NCBI GenBank assembly: GCA_015680685.1
Contig: MNCI01000532.1
Span: forward strand, 92,707 to 156,706
Source of the DNA: Gnetum montanum
Lineage: Eukaryota > Plantae > Gnetophyta
Reading direction: 5' to 3'
DNA: 64,000 nt
The notes beneath the pieces are model-generated. The model was not told the DNA's origin and did not search any database. It saw only the letters and a list, made by a program, of their open reading frames with translations. Position numbers and translations under genes: made by a program. Numbering within the stretch: position 1 is the stretch's first letter; each line of letters opens with the position of its first letter. Of this stretch, positions 12,541-26,600 are shown one piece after another.

Positions 12541-15500
12541 GAGACTATGCTAGGTTCTATAAAGATTTTTTTGAAAACTTGCTAATTGTGGATGGATCTC
12601 ATTGAATGTTGTAGACAACAAGGCAAGAAACCATGAGTATGCTGAAAATTTTTAAAGTTCCAAGCCTAAATACATTGGGGTTTGACACTCTTAGGAGCCT
12701 CAAAACCATTTACACCACCATCATAGCTCCTTATAGTAGTGGAACATGGTACTAGGTGTTCAAAATTACCAAAAATTGATGCTGCTATAAGACTATGCTG
12801 AAGGAAATTAAGGACTATTTTGGGCTAGCATAGTCCCAACTAATGCCTAGTGTAGTCCAAGATGGAATGGACTTCTCCTAGCCATCAAACCTCTAATAGC
12901 CTTTGAGTTGACCATGGAACATTGTAAAACCCTAGACAAAGCTCTCATAGAATCAAAACTAGGTCAAATGCATTTTATTGTGATAAAAATTGAACATTCC
13001 CCATGACTACGCTATGGAGGACCAAGAACTACATTGGGCTAATGTAGTCACAACTAATGCCCAACATAGTCTAGTCTAACATCCTACTTCCATCTAATCC
13101 CAAGCCATATATCCATCTCATTCACCTTCTAATCGAGTTTATATTGACATACCATCCCTCCAAACCCTAGTATCAGCTTTCAGTAAGCTTGAGACATGAC
13201 CAAATGTAGTAAATGGTGCCACTTTTTTCTTCTTCCCCATGATTACACTGGGTAGACCTAGGGACTATTCTTGGCTAGTGTAGTCCCAAGGTCTAAGGAT
13301 TAAGAACATCATGAAAACTATCACACATCTTCAACACTACCTCTTGGAGTCTCTGCACCTCTCTAGGATCCCAAGTGACCTCAAACTATTGATCAATTGA
13401 CCAGAAATCCTAAGAAAAATCATAAAATCCAAGTTCCTACATGAAACTATGCTAAGGACTAGGAGGGCTATGCTAGGCTAGTGTAGTCTCAGTAGTTGCC
13501 CAATGTAGTCCACTTAAAATCCAAGAATACATCATCCATAAACTCCAACTCACCTCTTGAGAGTCCAAACACATTATGGAACTAGAAACTAGGTCAAAAC
13601 TTAGTACTTTTTCCATTTTTCATTATGAAAACTTTAACTACATTGGATGGGATGTGGGGACTACATTGGGCCAGTATAGTCCTTGCCCAAGGCATAGTGT
13701 AGTCCCCTTAAAATCATCAAAAAATATCAAAATGATGTAACTTAACTCTAGTAAGCCTTGAAACCCTAGTTTAGGCTTGTTTGATCATGAAACCCAATTT
13801 CCTTCATAGTTTGACATTCATCACATGGACTATGCTCATGGGAAGAAGAGGACTATGTTGGGTAAGAGTTATCCTAGCCCAAGGCCCAACATTGTCCACC
13901 AAATATTGAAAAAGGATATCAAACAACCATGAAAATTGACCTTTCAAAAGCCTAGACTGCTAGTTGAGGATGCCTAACCATAGAACCTATAATGTTTCAA
14001 CATTTTTTGACCTTTCCCCATGACTATGCTATGGGGATGAGAGGACTATGTTGGGCTAGTGTAGTCCTAACTAAAGCCTAGCGTAGTCCATCAAGAATTA
14101 TTTGAAAATTATCTCAAATTCCTAAATATACTATAAAAAAACCATAACTTTTCCCAAGCTTGTGAGAGTTCAAAACTTCTATTTTTCACCATTTTTGGTC
14201 ACCACCACCTTGATTACACTAAGGCAAGGTTGGGAGTACATTAGGCTAGCGTAGTCCCTCACCAGGCCTAGTGTAGTGCATGAAAAACTAATCAAAATTG
14301 TCAAAGATTGACCTAAATTCACTTCTCGTAAATCCTAAAACCTTATATAAGATCTCTTGGTTCCAAAAATGCATTTTCCATCACTTTTCCTCATGTTCAT
14401 CCTAACTACACTAGATGGAGATTGGGACTACGTTGGGCTAGCATAGTCCTTGCCTAGGCCCAATGTAGTCCCTCAAAATTTGATGAAAACTTGAAAAAAA
14501 TGCCTAAAAATACTGTCAATGAACCCTAAGATCTCACTTGGGTCATTTTAGCAACAAATCTTGTAGATTTCCATCATTTTTGAGTATCCAAACTCTACCT
14601 ATGCTGGGAGAGATTAGGATTACACGAGGCCATGGAAAATCCTACCAATCATCCCAAGCCTAGACTATGCTAATGGAAAGTTGTGACTATGCTAGGCTAG
14701 CATAGTCTCAGTCCATGCCCAATGTAGTCCATACCTTAACTTCCAAACAAAGCTATATTCAACCAAGAAAACACCCTTTTTCAACTACAGAACTTTACTA
14801 GGACACATTGAGATCATCATACCTTGAAATTAAGACAAAATTCATCATTTTTGGGCTTCTAAACCTTAGCTATGTTGAGGAGAGCCTGGAACTACATCAG
14901 GCTAGTGTAGTCCCTCTCAAACCCTAGTGTTGTCAACACCAAACTACCCAAAGTTTGCTAAATAGATACCAAATCCACTTTTGGTCAGGACTAGCACATC
15001 ACCAGAGGCTGTCTAGCCATGAAACCCATCTTTTTCACCATTTTTTATCTTCAAATATTGGACTATACTTGGAAAATTTGGGACTATGCTAGGCTAGCAT
15101 AGTCCCTCTTGAGGCCTAGTGTAGTCCACATAAACTTATTCAAAAACTGATGAAAATGGCTTAAAGTGCATCCTTAGGAGTTCTGGGGCCCACCAAAGTC
15201 AATTTTGGTAGTACAACTCTATCTTTCAATTTTTTTTCAAACTCACTATGTTGACAGGAGGTTGGGACTATACTGGGCCAATGTAGTCCCTACATAGGCC
15301 TAGCATAGTCCACCTAAATATGGCCAAACTAGCAACAAAACTTCGTAAGTTAACTCTTGGAAAGAGCTAGAACCTTGCTAAAGCATGCCCAAGCCCTGGA
15401 ACTTTGTAAAATGAGCCAAAATTCATTCTTTTTTAAATTTTTATTATATGGAATCCTTGACTACATTAGTAATTGCATGCCCAATGTAGTCCCATGGTAC

Positions 15501-16083
15501 TAGACTATCCAAGGTCCAAACATGCATGAAAATTAGTAATTTTTTCACCAAAACCATAGCTGGCAATACCAATAACATCATAAATGCATTAGGATGATTG
15601 ATTGAGCTTTGAAACTCATCAAAATCCATTTTCCATGAAAGAATATGTTTAGGAGGCTAAGGCCTATGCTAAGCTAGTGTGTCCCAGTTGAGAGGGAAAA
15701 TGTAATAACAAAAACCAATAGTAAGCATCTTAGACTAGTCCAAAATTAATCCAGAATGACTAGAACCTTGCTCCCATTGCTCTCAATTGCAAATTGAACT
15801 CTATTTCAACCTTGGAAATCATACAAAATCAATCATTTCTTATGGCTACATATCAACCTATTAGCCTAGCATAGTCACCCTTGGCATTAAGATTCTCAAT
15901 CTTCTAAGAAGCCAAAATTTGTCAATCTTCAATTCCTATCCCTTGTGCTAATTTCTTAGACCATTGGAAGCTCAAAAATAACCATAAAAAGCATAGAAAA
16001 CTATCACTAAATGTCAACTACATTAGAGGAAGGTAACACTATGCTATGCTAGCATAGTCACTAGTAGGGCCTAGCGTAGTCAC
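12541..16083. repeat. Array of ~18 nested palindromic ~68 bp units, period ~190-215 bp, with diverged spacers
   Basis: Units at ~12790, 13005, 13241, 13445, 13636, 13828, 14022, 14212, 14404, 14663, 14868, 15061, 15245, 16016 plus partial copies; core GGACTATGCTAG-G-CTAGCATAGTCC flanked by outer inverted half-sites. Confidence 0.9.
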
Positions 16084-16752
16084 AAAAAAAATGCCATTTT
16101 TTCTCCAAAATAGCTCTAGAATGACCTCCTCATGTTCCCAAACTCTCTGGTCAGCCCTGTAGCCCCATACCATGGTCTGCTAAGGCCTAAAACTAGAAAA
16201 AATTGATATTGTTTAACTAGAATCAACCAATTTTTATCATATGTTCATAGATTTGACCCTTTTTTTGGCCTTGTTTTGCATTGTTCACCTTCTTTCTCAT
16301 CAGTTGACTTCATATGACCCTTATATAACTTCATGTTTTATCATGTTTACTCTATTTTCTCTATTATGTTCTTTGTTGATCCTTATTTAGCCTTGGATTG
16401 GTGTTAACCATTGAGATTGGATCATTCTTAACCATTGATTGATACCATGTAACTATGACCTGCCAAGGCCTTAAACTGGCACCATGTAACCTAAGTTAAC
16501 CATGTATGATCTTGTTTTTTTCATACCTTCCTTTTGACTTAGCTTATAGTGGCCCTTGATTCACCTCATATGGCCTTTGTTTAATCCCATTGGTCATTAT
16601 TTATCTCTTGTAGCCTTGGTTGACCTTACTTTCATTTTTTTGTCATTGGAATAGGATATGCTTGCATGATTACAAAAGTAGTTTATATCATTTTAGAATT
16701 ATTTGCTTATTTTTATCCATGTGCCACTAATATGCTTTTTTTTGACATGTAG

Positions 16753-19700
16753 GAATAAAATATGTGTACCTGGAAGTAGATTAGTTCACCTTTGTGCCTA
16801 CGTGGGGCTCATGGTAATGTTGAACAATGTATCGATCCTAATTATCTAGATCTTAAGCTTGAGAGTCTTGCAAACCACATAGCCTCACTCAAGAAACATC
16901 TAGAGTGGTCTAAAAACCTAGTTAAAACCCTTGATCTAAAGGCTGGTGACATTACTAAAGACTCTCTAGCTAAGGATCCTATCACAACACATAGTGGTAA
17001 GGAGAAAACCATTAAACTAAGTTCCTCATTAGAACCTTAATAGGATCAAGACATCACCAAGGTTCTACAAGATAGCATCAAGGCCTTTTCTTGGTCATAT
17101 GAGGATATGCAAAGTCTAGACCCATGATTAGTCCAACACAACATCATACTTGATCCTAGCATTAGACCAATTAAGTAGAAAGTATGTAAGATCATACTTG
17201 ATTTAGCCCTAGTAGTTCATGATGAGATCACAAAGCTATACTAAGCTAGTTTCATTAGAGCTGTTGACTATGTGGAATGGTTATCTAGCATAGTGGTAGT
17301 TCCTAAGAAAAATGATAGTGTCCATATTTGCATCAATTTCTAAGATCTAAATAAGGAAACCATCAAAGATGAATTTTCTTTACCTAGTATTGATGAACTC
17401 ATCAATACTACATCTAGACATGCTTTATTGTCCTTTATGAATGGGTTCTTCGGATACCACCAGATTAGGATCAATCTAGAGCACTAACTTAGCATGACCT
17501 TCATGACTCCCTCATGTATGTTTTTCTATACTATAATTTCCTTTGGCCTTGAGAATGTTGGAGCAATCTACCAAATAGCTATGATGTATATCTTTAGTGA
17601 CTACATGTTAGGATTGCTTAATGATTACATGGACGATATAGATGATAAGTCCAAAGTGGCTAGTGACCATGCTAATGACCTAGACCTTGTGCTTAAATGA
17701 TGCCTTAAGTTCAAACTTATACTTAATCCTAAGAAGTATGTCTTTGGTGTCAAAACTAGTAAGATACTTGGCTTTGTAGTATTAGAAGGATACATATTGA
17801 TCTTGATACAGTTAAGGCCATCTCCAACTTGTTAGTGCCAACTAATCTTAAGGAGCTTTGGGGACTACAAGGTAGATTGCAATTTTTTTGTAGGTTCATT
17901 ACTAGGCTTACAGATAAGTTACAACCCATACAATACTTGCTTAAGAAAGGAGTTCACTATGAGTGGATGGCTCAATGCTAGGAAGCCTTTGAAAATCTTA
18001 TTCAAGATTTGGGACAACTATTGATAGTCTACCCTTGACAAGAGGGTAAACTGTTTTACATCTACCTTGCTATCTCCAACATGTCCATTGACTCTCTACT
18101 CTACCAAAAGTGTGAAAATGGAGTAGAAATGCTAATATACTACCTTAGCCATGCATTAGTTGTCCATGAGACATGATATATTGAAATGGAGAAGTATTGT
18201 CTAGTAGTAGTCTTCTCTTTGAAGAAGTGGAGACATTATCTCTTTAGGAGCTAGGTCAATGTCATTTGCAAAGACAACATACTTAGAGCCACAATGACTA
18301 ATATTTATGAGAGTAGCCATATAGCCTAATGGAAATCCATAGTAATGGAGTTTGACCTTCATTATGTCTCCTAGTCCTTAACAAAACGTAAAGCTATATT
18401 TGTACAACTCATAGTTTCACATATTGATGACTAAGAAACCATAGACATTGAGTTTCTCAACAAACATTTTAACACTGTTAGCCAAGTGCCTAAGGGTTAT
18501 GGGCAGTCATGCACTTTGATGGAGCTTTATCTACACATGAAGCTAGTTCCATTGCCATCATGACATTCCCATTTGGTAAAATCCATCCCTTCACTTATTT
18601 TTTTGGGTTTCCATCCACCAACAAGAGAGCAAAGTACGAAGGTTTGATCAAGGGTATGATGGTATCTTGTCAACTAGGAATCAAGCATTTAATGATCAAA
18701 GGTGATTCTCAACTTGTGGTCAACCAAGTAATTGAGGTTTACAAATTCAAAGAAAAACATTTACAACCTTACTATGGCTTAGGGAAGCAACTATTACAAC
18801 AATTTATAGATATTGATATCAAAGATATACCCCAAAAAAAAAATTCTATAGTCGATGCCATCACAATGCTAGCCCTTAGTGTGATGCTAGATGTGTTTAG
18901 TAAGTTTTCCATCCTAACCATGGACTATGCTATCCCCATCATGCAGAAAAATAAGGATAACGTTATGGTCATGGTTCATACTACTCTTATAAAGGAGTGG
19001 TATGATTATATCAAGTCTTATCTTATGCATGAAGAATCTTCACAAGGCTTGACTACTACTCAAAAGAATGCTATACGTAAATAGTTAAAATAGTATGTCA
19101 TAGTAGGCAATAATACATTATATTAATTGTCCTATGATGGTGTATTGTTAAAGTTCCTAAGTATAACTAAAGCTAAAACAGTCCTAGGGTAGGTTCATGA
19201 GGGTGTTTGTGGAGGACATATAGGACCTAGAGTTATGGTTGCTAAAATTAGATGGTTAGGTTACTATTGGCCTTATATGGAAAATAACTTCTTACAGAAG
19301 GTTAAAACTTGTGACACATGCCAATGACATAGTAACTTGATACATGTACCACTGATTGAATTACACACTACTTAGATATCATGGCCATCTCAATAATGGG
19401 GGTTGGATGTTATTGGACCTATAATGCCTAAGTCTTGTGTAGGGCATCTCTTCATCATTACCATAATAAAATACTTTACTAAGTGGGTTGAGGCTATTTC
19501 CATAAGGAATATGATATTTGAACAATTCTGTAGATTCATTCTTGACAATATAGTAGCCTGTTTTGGTATACCTATGATCATAGTGACAGATAATGAATCA
19601 TAGTTTAGTAGCTAAGAAATGGAAAACTTCTATCATGACCTAGGTAGTAAGTATTCTTTCTCATCACCTTATTACCATCAAGCCAATGAACAAGTGGAAG

Positions 19701-20237
19701 TAAGCAACAATGCCATCATCAACTTGCTCAAGAAAATGCTAAACCACTATAAATGCAAGTGGCATGAGTGGCTTGTCCATGCACTTTAGGCATATAGAAC
19801 AACATATCATACTACAATAGGTGTAACCCACTGTAGCCTTATTTATGATTCTAAAGTTGTTTTACCTCTTGAATTACATGTACCATCACTTTGAGTCTTT
19901 TTCCAACTTCATCAATGATGAATAGAATAAGGAGATACCTAGCATTGAGTTGGATTTGATGGAGGAGCAATGGGTGTAACTGCTTGCTCATGTTGAGCAG
20001 TATCAAGAGAGGTAGAATCAGTGACACCACCATAACTTGAACAAGTGTAAGATCAAGGAAGGTGGATTGGTCTTCAAAGCTATTCATGAACATAAAAATA
20101 AATTCTTAGCCAATAAGAAAGGACCTTTCTTACTCACTAAAGCCTATGAAAATGGTGCATTTAGAGTAGCAAATATGGATGGGAATGAGTTGGTGAATCT
20201 AGTCAATCATTCCTATCTAAATACATACTACATTTAG
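16753..20237 (+). pseudogene. pol: pol of element A: RT, RNase H, archaeal-type RNase H, integrase
   Basis: SFGLENVGAIYQ...YMDD (~17626); RH KKWRHYL; aRH MHFDGA...AKYEGLIKG...IKGDSQLVVNQV (18509-19084); INT HEGVCGGH, MDVIGP...YFTKWVEA, GPF motif near 20121. Confidence 0.95.
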
Positions 20238-21394
20238 TCAACAATAAACAACATGTAAACTTACTTTTTATGGCATTATAGGGCATAAAAATGGTGCAAC
20301 TACAGCTTTCCAAAGCATTAAATTGACAACATGACCTACCAAGGCCTTAAATAGGTAACATGATCCGCTAAGACCTTAAGTTGGCACCATGGCTTGCTAA
20401 GGCCTTAAACTGAAAACACATGTGATCTTTGATAGCCAGATTTGCTAAATTTTTCTACATGTCCTTATGTATTTCATTATAACAACATGATTTCTTTGCG
20501 TAGTTTTCTTTTCCTCTTGGATTTTTGCTTACATGATGAAGCCTAGAAGCATCATGGAGGTGCAACTCATCAGAGTGATAAGTCATCACGTGACCTCGAT
20601 TTGTAAGATTTGGTGAGCTTTTCTTGTCATGCTAAGAGTACTTGTTCCACATCATATCCATTATCATTTCCTTAAGTCCAACCCCATAGCTTGATTATAA
20701 CCTTCCTCATCTTGGATAAAAGTGTTGACCAATTATTTGACACATGCACTATGGCTGTACGATATCCTTTTGTCATGCTTTGTTGTCAAGTTTATTGAAT
20801 GTAACATACTTGATTTAATGGAAAACAACCTATTCCATTGAGTTTAACACATCTCACTTTATGGGAAAAGTAAGTTAAAACTAGATTTTTCAAAGAAGCC
20901 AATGAAGGTTTCACCTTGCAAAAAAGAAAAAAAAAAGAAAGAGAAGGGGGGGTGGTTGGGCGGGAGGGGGAGAAAATTGCCAAGAAGCCAAGTGGCTAAT
21001 GAAGCCTAAAGGACAACTTAATGGCTCCAAACATATAAAGGGAGGAGCCTAATGGCCAAACTAACCTTGGAGCGAGATGTTGGTTCCTCAAACACATTTT
21101 CCTAGTGAACTACACTTCAAAACATGAAGTGTGAAGTCCAAATGGATTACCTAATATGTCTATGCTACATTGTAGTCATGATGTCAACATTTGGAATATG
21201 TTGTTAGCTTTTATGACCATTTCCTTTCGACCTCATTTCCATTTCACCATCATAACTTTCTCCTATCATCATAGGCACTCTTGGGCATGGTTCAAGATTA
21301 CTAGATTAAGCATAGAGAGGGAACATTGGTGATGGACTTGCATTGATGTTTTGTATTCTTTGTCAATGTCACTTAGGCTAGTCCTCCAGATATC

Positions 21395-21410
21395 AATAAA
21401 GAAGAGCTAA
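21395..21410 (+). promoter_or_regulatory. Candidate polypurine tract
   Basis: aataaagaagagctaa immediately before the TG start of the LTR homology. Confidence 0.5.
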
Positions 21411-23080
21411 TGAAACACCATACAATTTCATGTTGCAACCTTCATTTCTTGACTTGGCGTAAGAATTCATTGTAAATGTGAGATATATGTGGTCCATGAG
21501 CTATAATCTTGCATACTTTAGCTTTTTGGAGCTAAAACAATGCTTCAAAATTTGTTATTTCCTTATTTCTTGGGTAAAAATAGGTACCCCATGTCCATAT
21601 TTAGGCTTGGGAAGACTAAAAACACCTTTGAAATGACTAAAATTGGCATGTTCATGGGTTTCTGTAGGGGTATAGACCCAACTATGCTAGAGCCATTTTC
21701 AGTAGACATAGTAGCTATAGTAGTTCCCATAGCTATAGTAGTTACAATAGTTAGTGTAGTCATGACCAAGACCTAGTAGAAGTACAACATTGGGATTTTT
21801 AAAATTTCCATTTTTCCAACAACGACTAGCATAGACAACATTCTCCACCAAGTATGACACTTTTCAATGTATTCCACCATTTCCGTAGATTCCAATTTTT
21901 TGAACATTTTTTATCACTTTTTCCATTTTTTGTCAACCTCAGCATAGCCCACCGATGCTATCATAGTAGGAATAGTATTAGTGTAGTTAGAAAAATATGT
22001 TTACTATCTATAGTAAACAAATGGATTTTGTAGCTGTAGCCCATTCCAGATGTACTATAAATAATAACTACATTGAAAGTAGATAACTGTTGGTCAAGAA
22101 CAACATAGTAATAATGATACCAATGTAGTCACAAAATTTTGTTTACTATTTATAGCAAAAAGATGGATTTTGTGATTGTAGTCCATTCTAGACTTACCAC
22201 AAATAGTAAATATGTTGAGAGAAGATGATTGTTACCACTTGCAAATTGATCCAATTTGTCAGCAATCATGTCAGATCCAAAAAATAGTAATCCTACCCTA
22301 TAAAAACCTACTTTTGACACCATTTTAAGGGTCTAAAAACTTGGCATTTCCTAGAATTTTTGGCATTTTGCAACCTCTTGGTAGCAATAGCATTTTCCAT
22401 TTTCCTATTACCAAAGCCCATTACAACCTTACCTACACTTTTGGTAGGAGATACTAGTACTATGCTAGGCACAAAGACTTCCATGTAGCAACCATTGCAC
22501 CAAAAGTATAAATCCATTTCCATGACCATGTTGCCGACATTGGTGAAAACCAATGGAAAGTTGCTGAAAATCGAAGCTGGGAAGAAACTAGATTGTGAAG
22601 TTGCAGTAGGATGTAGCCTACCTTCTTTAATGGACTTAAAGCTTCTGTCAATGGCTTCTAGTGCCTTTGGCACAAATTTTGTACTTTATGAACCTTTATT
22701 CTTTATTTTTATAAAGTTTATTATTCATGTTATGCAATTTTTAGTTTACATTTCCATTTCTACACTTATTTCATTTTAGATCTACAACTAAAATAACATT
22801 TTTGTTTCATTTCTAAGGCCATTTATGTTTCCATTTGACCAGTTTCATCTATGTTTATTTTTTCATTTTTGTTTTCACTTTCGATTTAATCTACGATTAT
22901 GTTTACATTTTCATAGCCATTTGTTTTTACATTCCATAAGTCCCTAGGTAATCAACAAGACTATCTATTGTATGTTGAGTCCTATTTTATAGATGTGCTT
23001 GGGGTTCAGGGTTAAACCTATTTTGACACTTGAATCTTTTGGTTTTCTCATTCCATCAACTGAAGTTTCTATCTCCAACA
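21411..23080 (+). repeat. LTR (right LTR of A), TG...CA, ~1.67 kb
   Basis: Begins tgaaacacc, homologous to LTR 42356-43760 throughout; TATA ccctataaaa at ~22296; ends ccaaCA. Confidence 0.8.
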
Positions 23081-23699
23081 ACTTTCATAGCCTTGGAGAC
23101 TATGTATTATTAGTATTATTTTGTCATGTATTATATAATGCAATTATGGCTATTGGACATGGAAATTTTGTTATTATTTTTTAAAGTTGTTTGTCACACA
23201 ATGTAACCATGGCCACTAGTTTGGTTTTAAATTTTTAGTTTCTTATGTTTTATAGTTTTTATTTTGGTTAATATTCTTCATGTTGAAGGCTACAAGTTAG
23301 AACAATAAAGTTGCAAAGTGAAATTTGGCGATAAAAAAATTGTATAAAAGTGTAAAACAAGATGTAACTTTTAAGTAAAAACTAAAAGTAAAGTAATGAA
23401 GTGGATAGACTATAACCTACATAATAGAAAGGTAAAGGAGGCCTCAAATTTGCTAGTTTTAGGCCTTGATAGGTCATGATTTATTTTCACATTTTCTATT
23501 TTTATGACATTTTGTATGTTTATATAAATGTAAAGAGACATGTATCTTAATTTGATGCAAAAATGTAAGGCAAGGCTATGTAGTAAAATGATAAATACAA
23601 TACAACAAGAAAAAAACCTTGTAAGGTAAAAATGCAAATATGTAAACAAAAGTTGAAAATAAGGCTACACCATAGTATATGAGGCCAAGAAACTAAGCA

Positions 23700-26600
23700 A
23701 CATACTCAATTCTGCAACTATTTTCTAATCTTCAAGAGATTAGGGAATGTGTAAGGCTTTGTTGCATCATTTTGTACTCCTTTTTCCCATCACTTATAAT
23801 GTTCAATGGGAGTTCTTTACCATATTTGTGAAGGGCCCTAGCATTGGTGACCTTGGCTTGGTTAACATCATTGTGGTTCTTAACTTTGTTATTGGTGATA
23901 GGGGATTTTTTTTAACCTCTACCTCAAATTATTTCTCTAAGTCAAAATTGTTAATGATGAAGGAGACTACATAGTCTTCATGGATGATAATTTCACCTTC
24001 CTTATAAGTTAGGTAAATCTCTTGATGAACTAGAAAAGGGACTACTCATAATTTAGCTAACTAAGGTCTTCCTAGGATCAAGTTGAAACTAGATGTCTCC
24101 TCCACCACTAAGAAATCAATGGATGTGGGAAACTATTCTCTAGTAATGAAGTCTAGCAATATGGACCCTTTCATGGCTACCCATGACCCATTAAAGAAAT
24201 TAAGGGTAGAGGTGGAGGTGCCTTGAATATGTTCTACCAAGTCTAAACACTTCACAATGGGAAAATGTATAATTTTCATTTCTACCCCATAATTGAAATG
24301 TATTTGGTGTATCTTATATTGAGAAATCCTTATCATTATGAAGAGAGGATTTCTTAACCCCTCACCACTTTGTGAGTTGGTTAATACCTCACTATGAAAA
24401 AACATTAAAGTAGTTGACTTCATTTCTTCCCTAGGTGAAGGTGGCACCATCATTGCATGGATGGACTCCTCATTAGCCAAGATATCCTTACCCATGGAAA
24501 TAGAAGTTAACATCCTAATTGGTGCTTTGTAGTGGGCAAGGGAAGTCATGAATAGGTCATACAATCTCAAAGAGATGTTCTTCTATTTTAGGAAAATCTT
24601 TACTTGCTCCATGGTAGTGTGGAAGTATTCATTATGTCTGGTTTATTTCTCATGTTTATTAGTATTAACTTTCTTCATTCTACCCAATATTTTCACTTCA
24701 TGTTTTAGCATTTGTTGTTTAGGCCCCTTTCCTTTCTCTTATTGTTTCTTGTCCTTGCTTATTTGGCTAGTCAAAGAAACTTGAGTGTTGGAGCCCATGG
24801 GTACTATTGAAATTGAGGTAGACTTTAGTGGACACACCTCCTTCTAAACCTTTGGTTGTTTTTTGTGCTTTACCTTAGGCTTAGGAGTTGGTTTCTTGCA
24901 TTTCTTGGTAGGTGATTTCTTATTATCTACTTGCAAAGGGATTGAAGCATTCGCTACCATAAGAGGACATTGGTCAACTTGGGACACAAGTTTATTGAAA
25001 GTGAGAGGAGGTACTCTAATCATGAATGGTTTCTTGGAAGGCATAGGTGGTGATATCCTTATGATAAAAGGAGTTCTTGAACTTGTAGAAGTTGAAGCTC
25101 TTTCATCACAAGGAGGTACTCCAACTAAAAATGGCTCCTTGACAAGCTTAGGATCATTGCTAATGTTAAATGTGGTGATGGAATATTGGTCTTTGTTGGT
25201 GTTTGGTAGGTTCTTGTACAGCTACATGTTCTAATTTTGGGATCTAATGGGTTGGACATGTGTAAAACCAACTTTCCACTATTTATAATCTTTTAGGCCA
25301 AGCAAAATTAGTGTCATGGTTGAAAAGCTAGTGATAATGGTAAAATTTTTCTAATTTAGAATATTTTGAAATGGGTGAGTCATCACTTATGATTATGGTA
25401 GGATCCTTAGTGATCTCACACAAGTGATCATTCCTATTATGAGCATTTTTAGTTAGCTATTTGTATTATATATGATTACTTTTCAGTAACTAATCAAGTA
25501 TCTCAAATGGTTTCATAGGCAATTTTGTGTATTTGGATTGGTCTTTTCTTTCAAACTTTGGCCTAGGTAGGTTATAGGTTGAAGCAATAGATGTTAAAGA
25601 TTGAGCTGTGATGGTAGGGCCTTTGGTTGTATTGACTTTGACCACTGTGGCCACAGATACATGGTTTTGTTTCCTGTTATCCTTATTCCTTCTCATGTGT
25701 TGGTTCTTATATGTTACATAGGCAAGGTCATTACTGGCATCTGCAGCATCCTCTATGTTTTTAGTTTAGGAGAAGGCTTGGCTAAGTGATCATGGATCTA
25801 GGTAGTATAGTTTAGATTTTACAAAATCATTAACCATCCCCTTGAATATGGCCACAAGGTATGTATCATAGATGGGCTTGGGAATCTCATTGAAGATGGA
25901 ATTCCATCTCTATATGAATTTTTGAATAGGTTAAAGAGGCCCTTATTTGGCCTTCATAAGTTGGTCTAGTGTGGTGTCAGGTTTTAAGTTGTACTTGAAA
26001 TCATTAATGAATTGTGAAATCAAGTCTTCTAGAGAGGAAATAGAGCCTCTGGGTGATACATGATACTACTTTAAGGATCTTCTAGTTAGGAACATAGGGA
26101 AGATGAGTATAATAGTATGGGACTAGGCTTTTAATAACAAGCACTTGGAATAGAATATGATGAGATGCAAGTTAGGATTACCCTCAACATTGTATTTGAT
26201 AAAGTAGAAAATTGGAATGCCTATGGGAAGAGTTATCTATGGGACAAAATGGCTAAAGGGATTATCTTAATAGAAGTCCATAATTTTTACCATTTGAGTG
26301 ATGAAGACCTTAAGCTTCCATAGCTCTTAAGTGAGGTCCTAGAACTTTTGGAAGGATTGATCTAGGCCTTAAGACATCCCTGTGGGATGTGGAATTTGAA
26401 TTGATAATTTTAGAAGACATTGGATCATCTAGGATCATGCTATCAGCATTGGTATGAATGGGAGTGGTTGCATAAACATGGGCATTGAAGGATTAAATAA
26501 GGAAAATGAAGTTTGAGTTGGCACCTAAGGGATAAAGTGGACAAAGGAAGTGTAAGAGGCTTGTGGTCCTAAAGAGGGGCCCACTGGGATAGAGAAAGGT

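Larger units (their letters stand above)
664..23080 (+). mobile_element. Element A: decayed Ty3/Gypsy Tat/Ogre-type LTR retrotransposon with ~10 kb spacer between PR and RT
   Basis: Order LTR - gag - PR - spacer - RT - RH - archaeal-type RH - INT - 3'UTR - PPT - LTR. aRH placed between RH and INT is the Ogre/Retand arrangement. No TSD found; left boundary approximate. Confidence 0.75.

Noticed and set aside
12541-16083. CRISPR array (palindromic repeats with variable spacers)
   Set aside because: Eukaryotic retrotransposon context, no cas genes, repeats degenerate and ~68 bp, spacers ~130 bp and apparently weakly related to each other.
20920-20976. Long purine/G-rich tract as the PPT of element A
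   Set aside because: LTR homology with the other copies starts ~430 bp later at 21411, where a separate PPT-like tract abuts TG.
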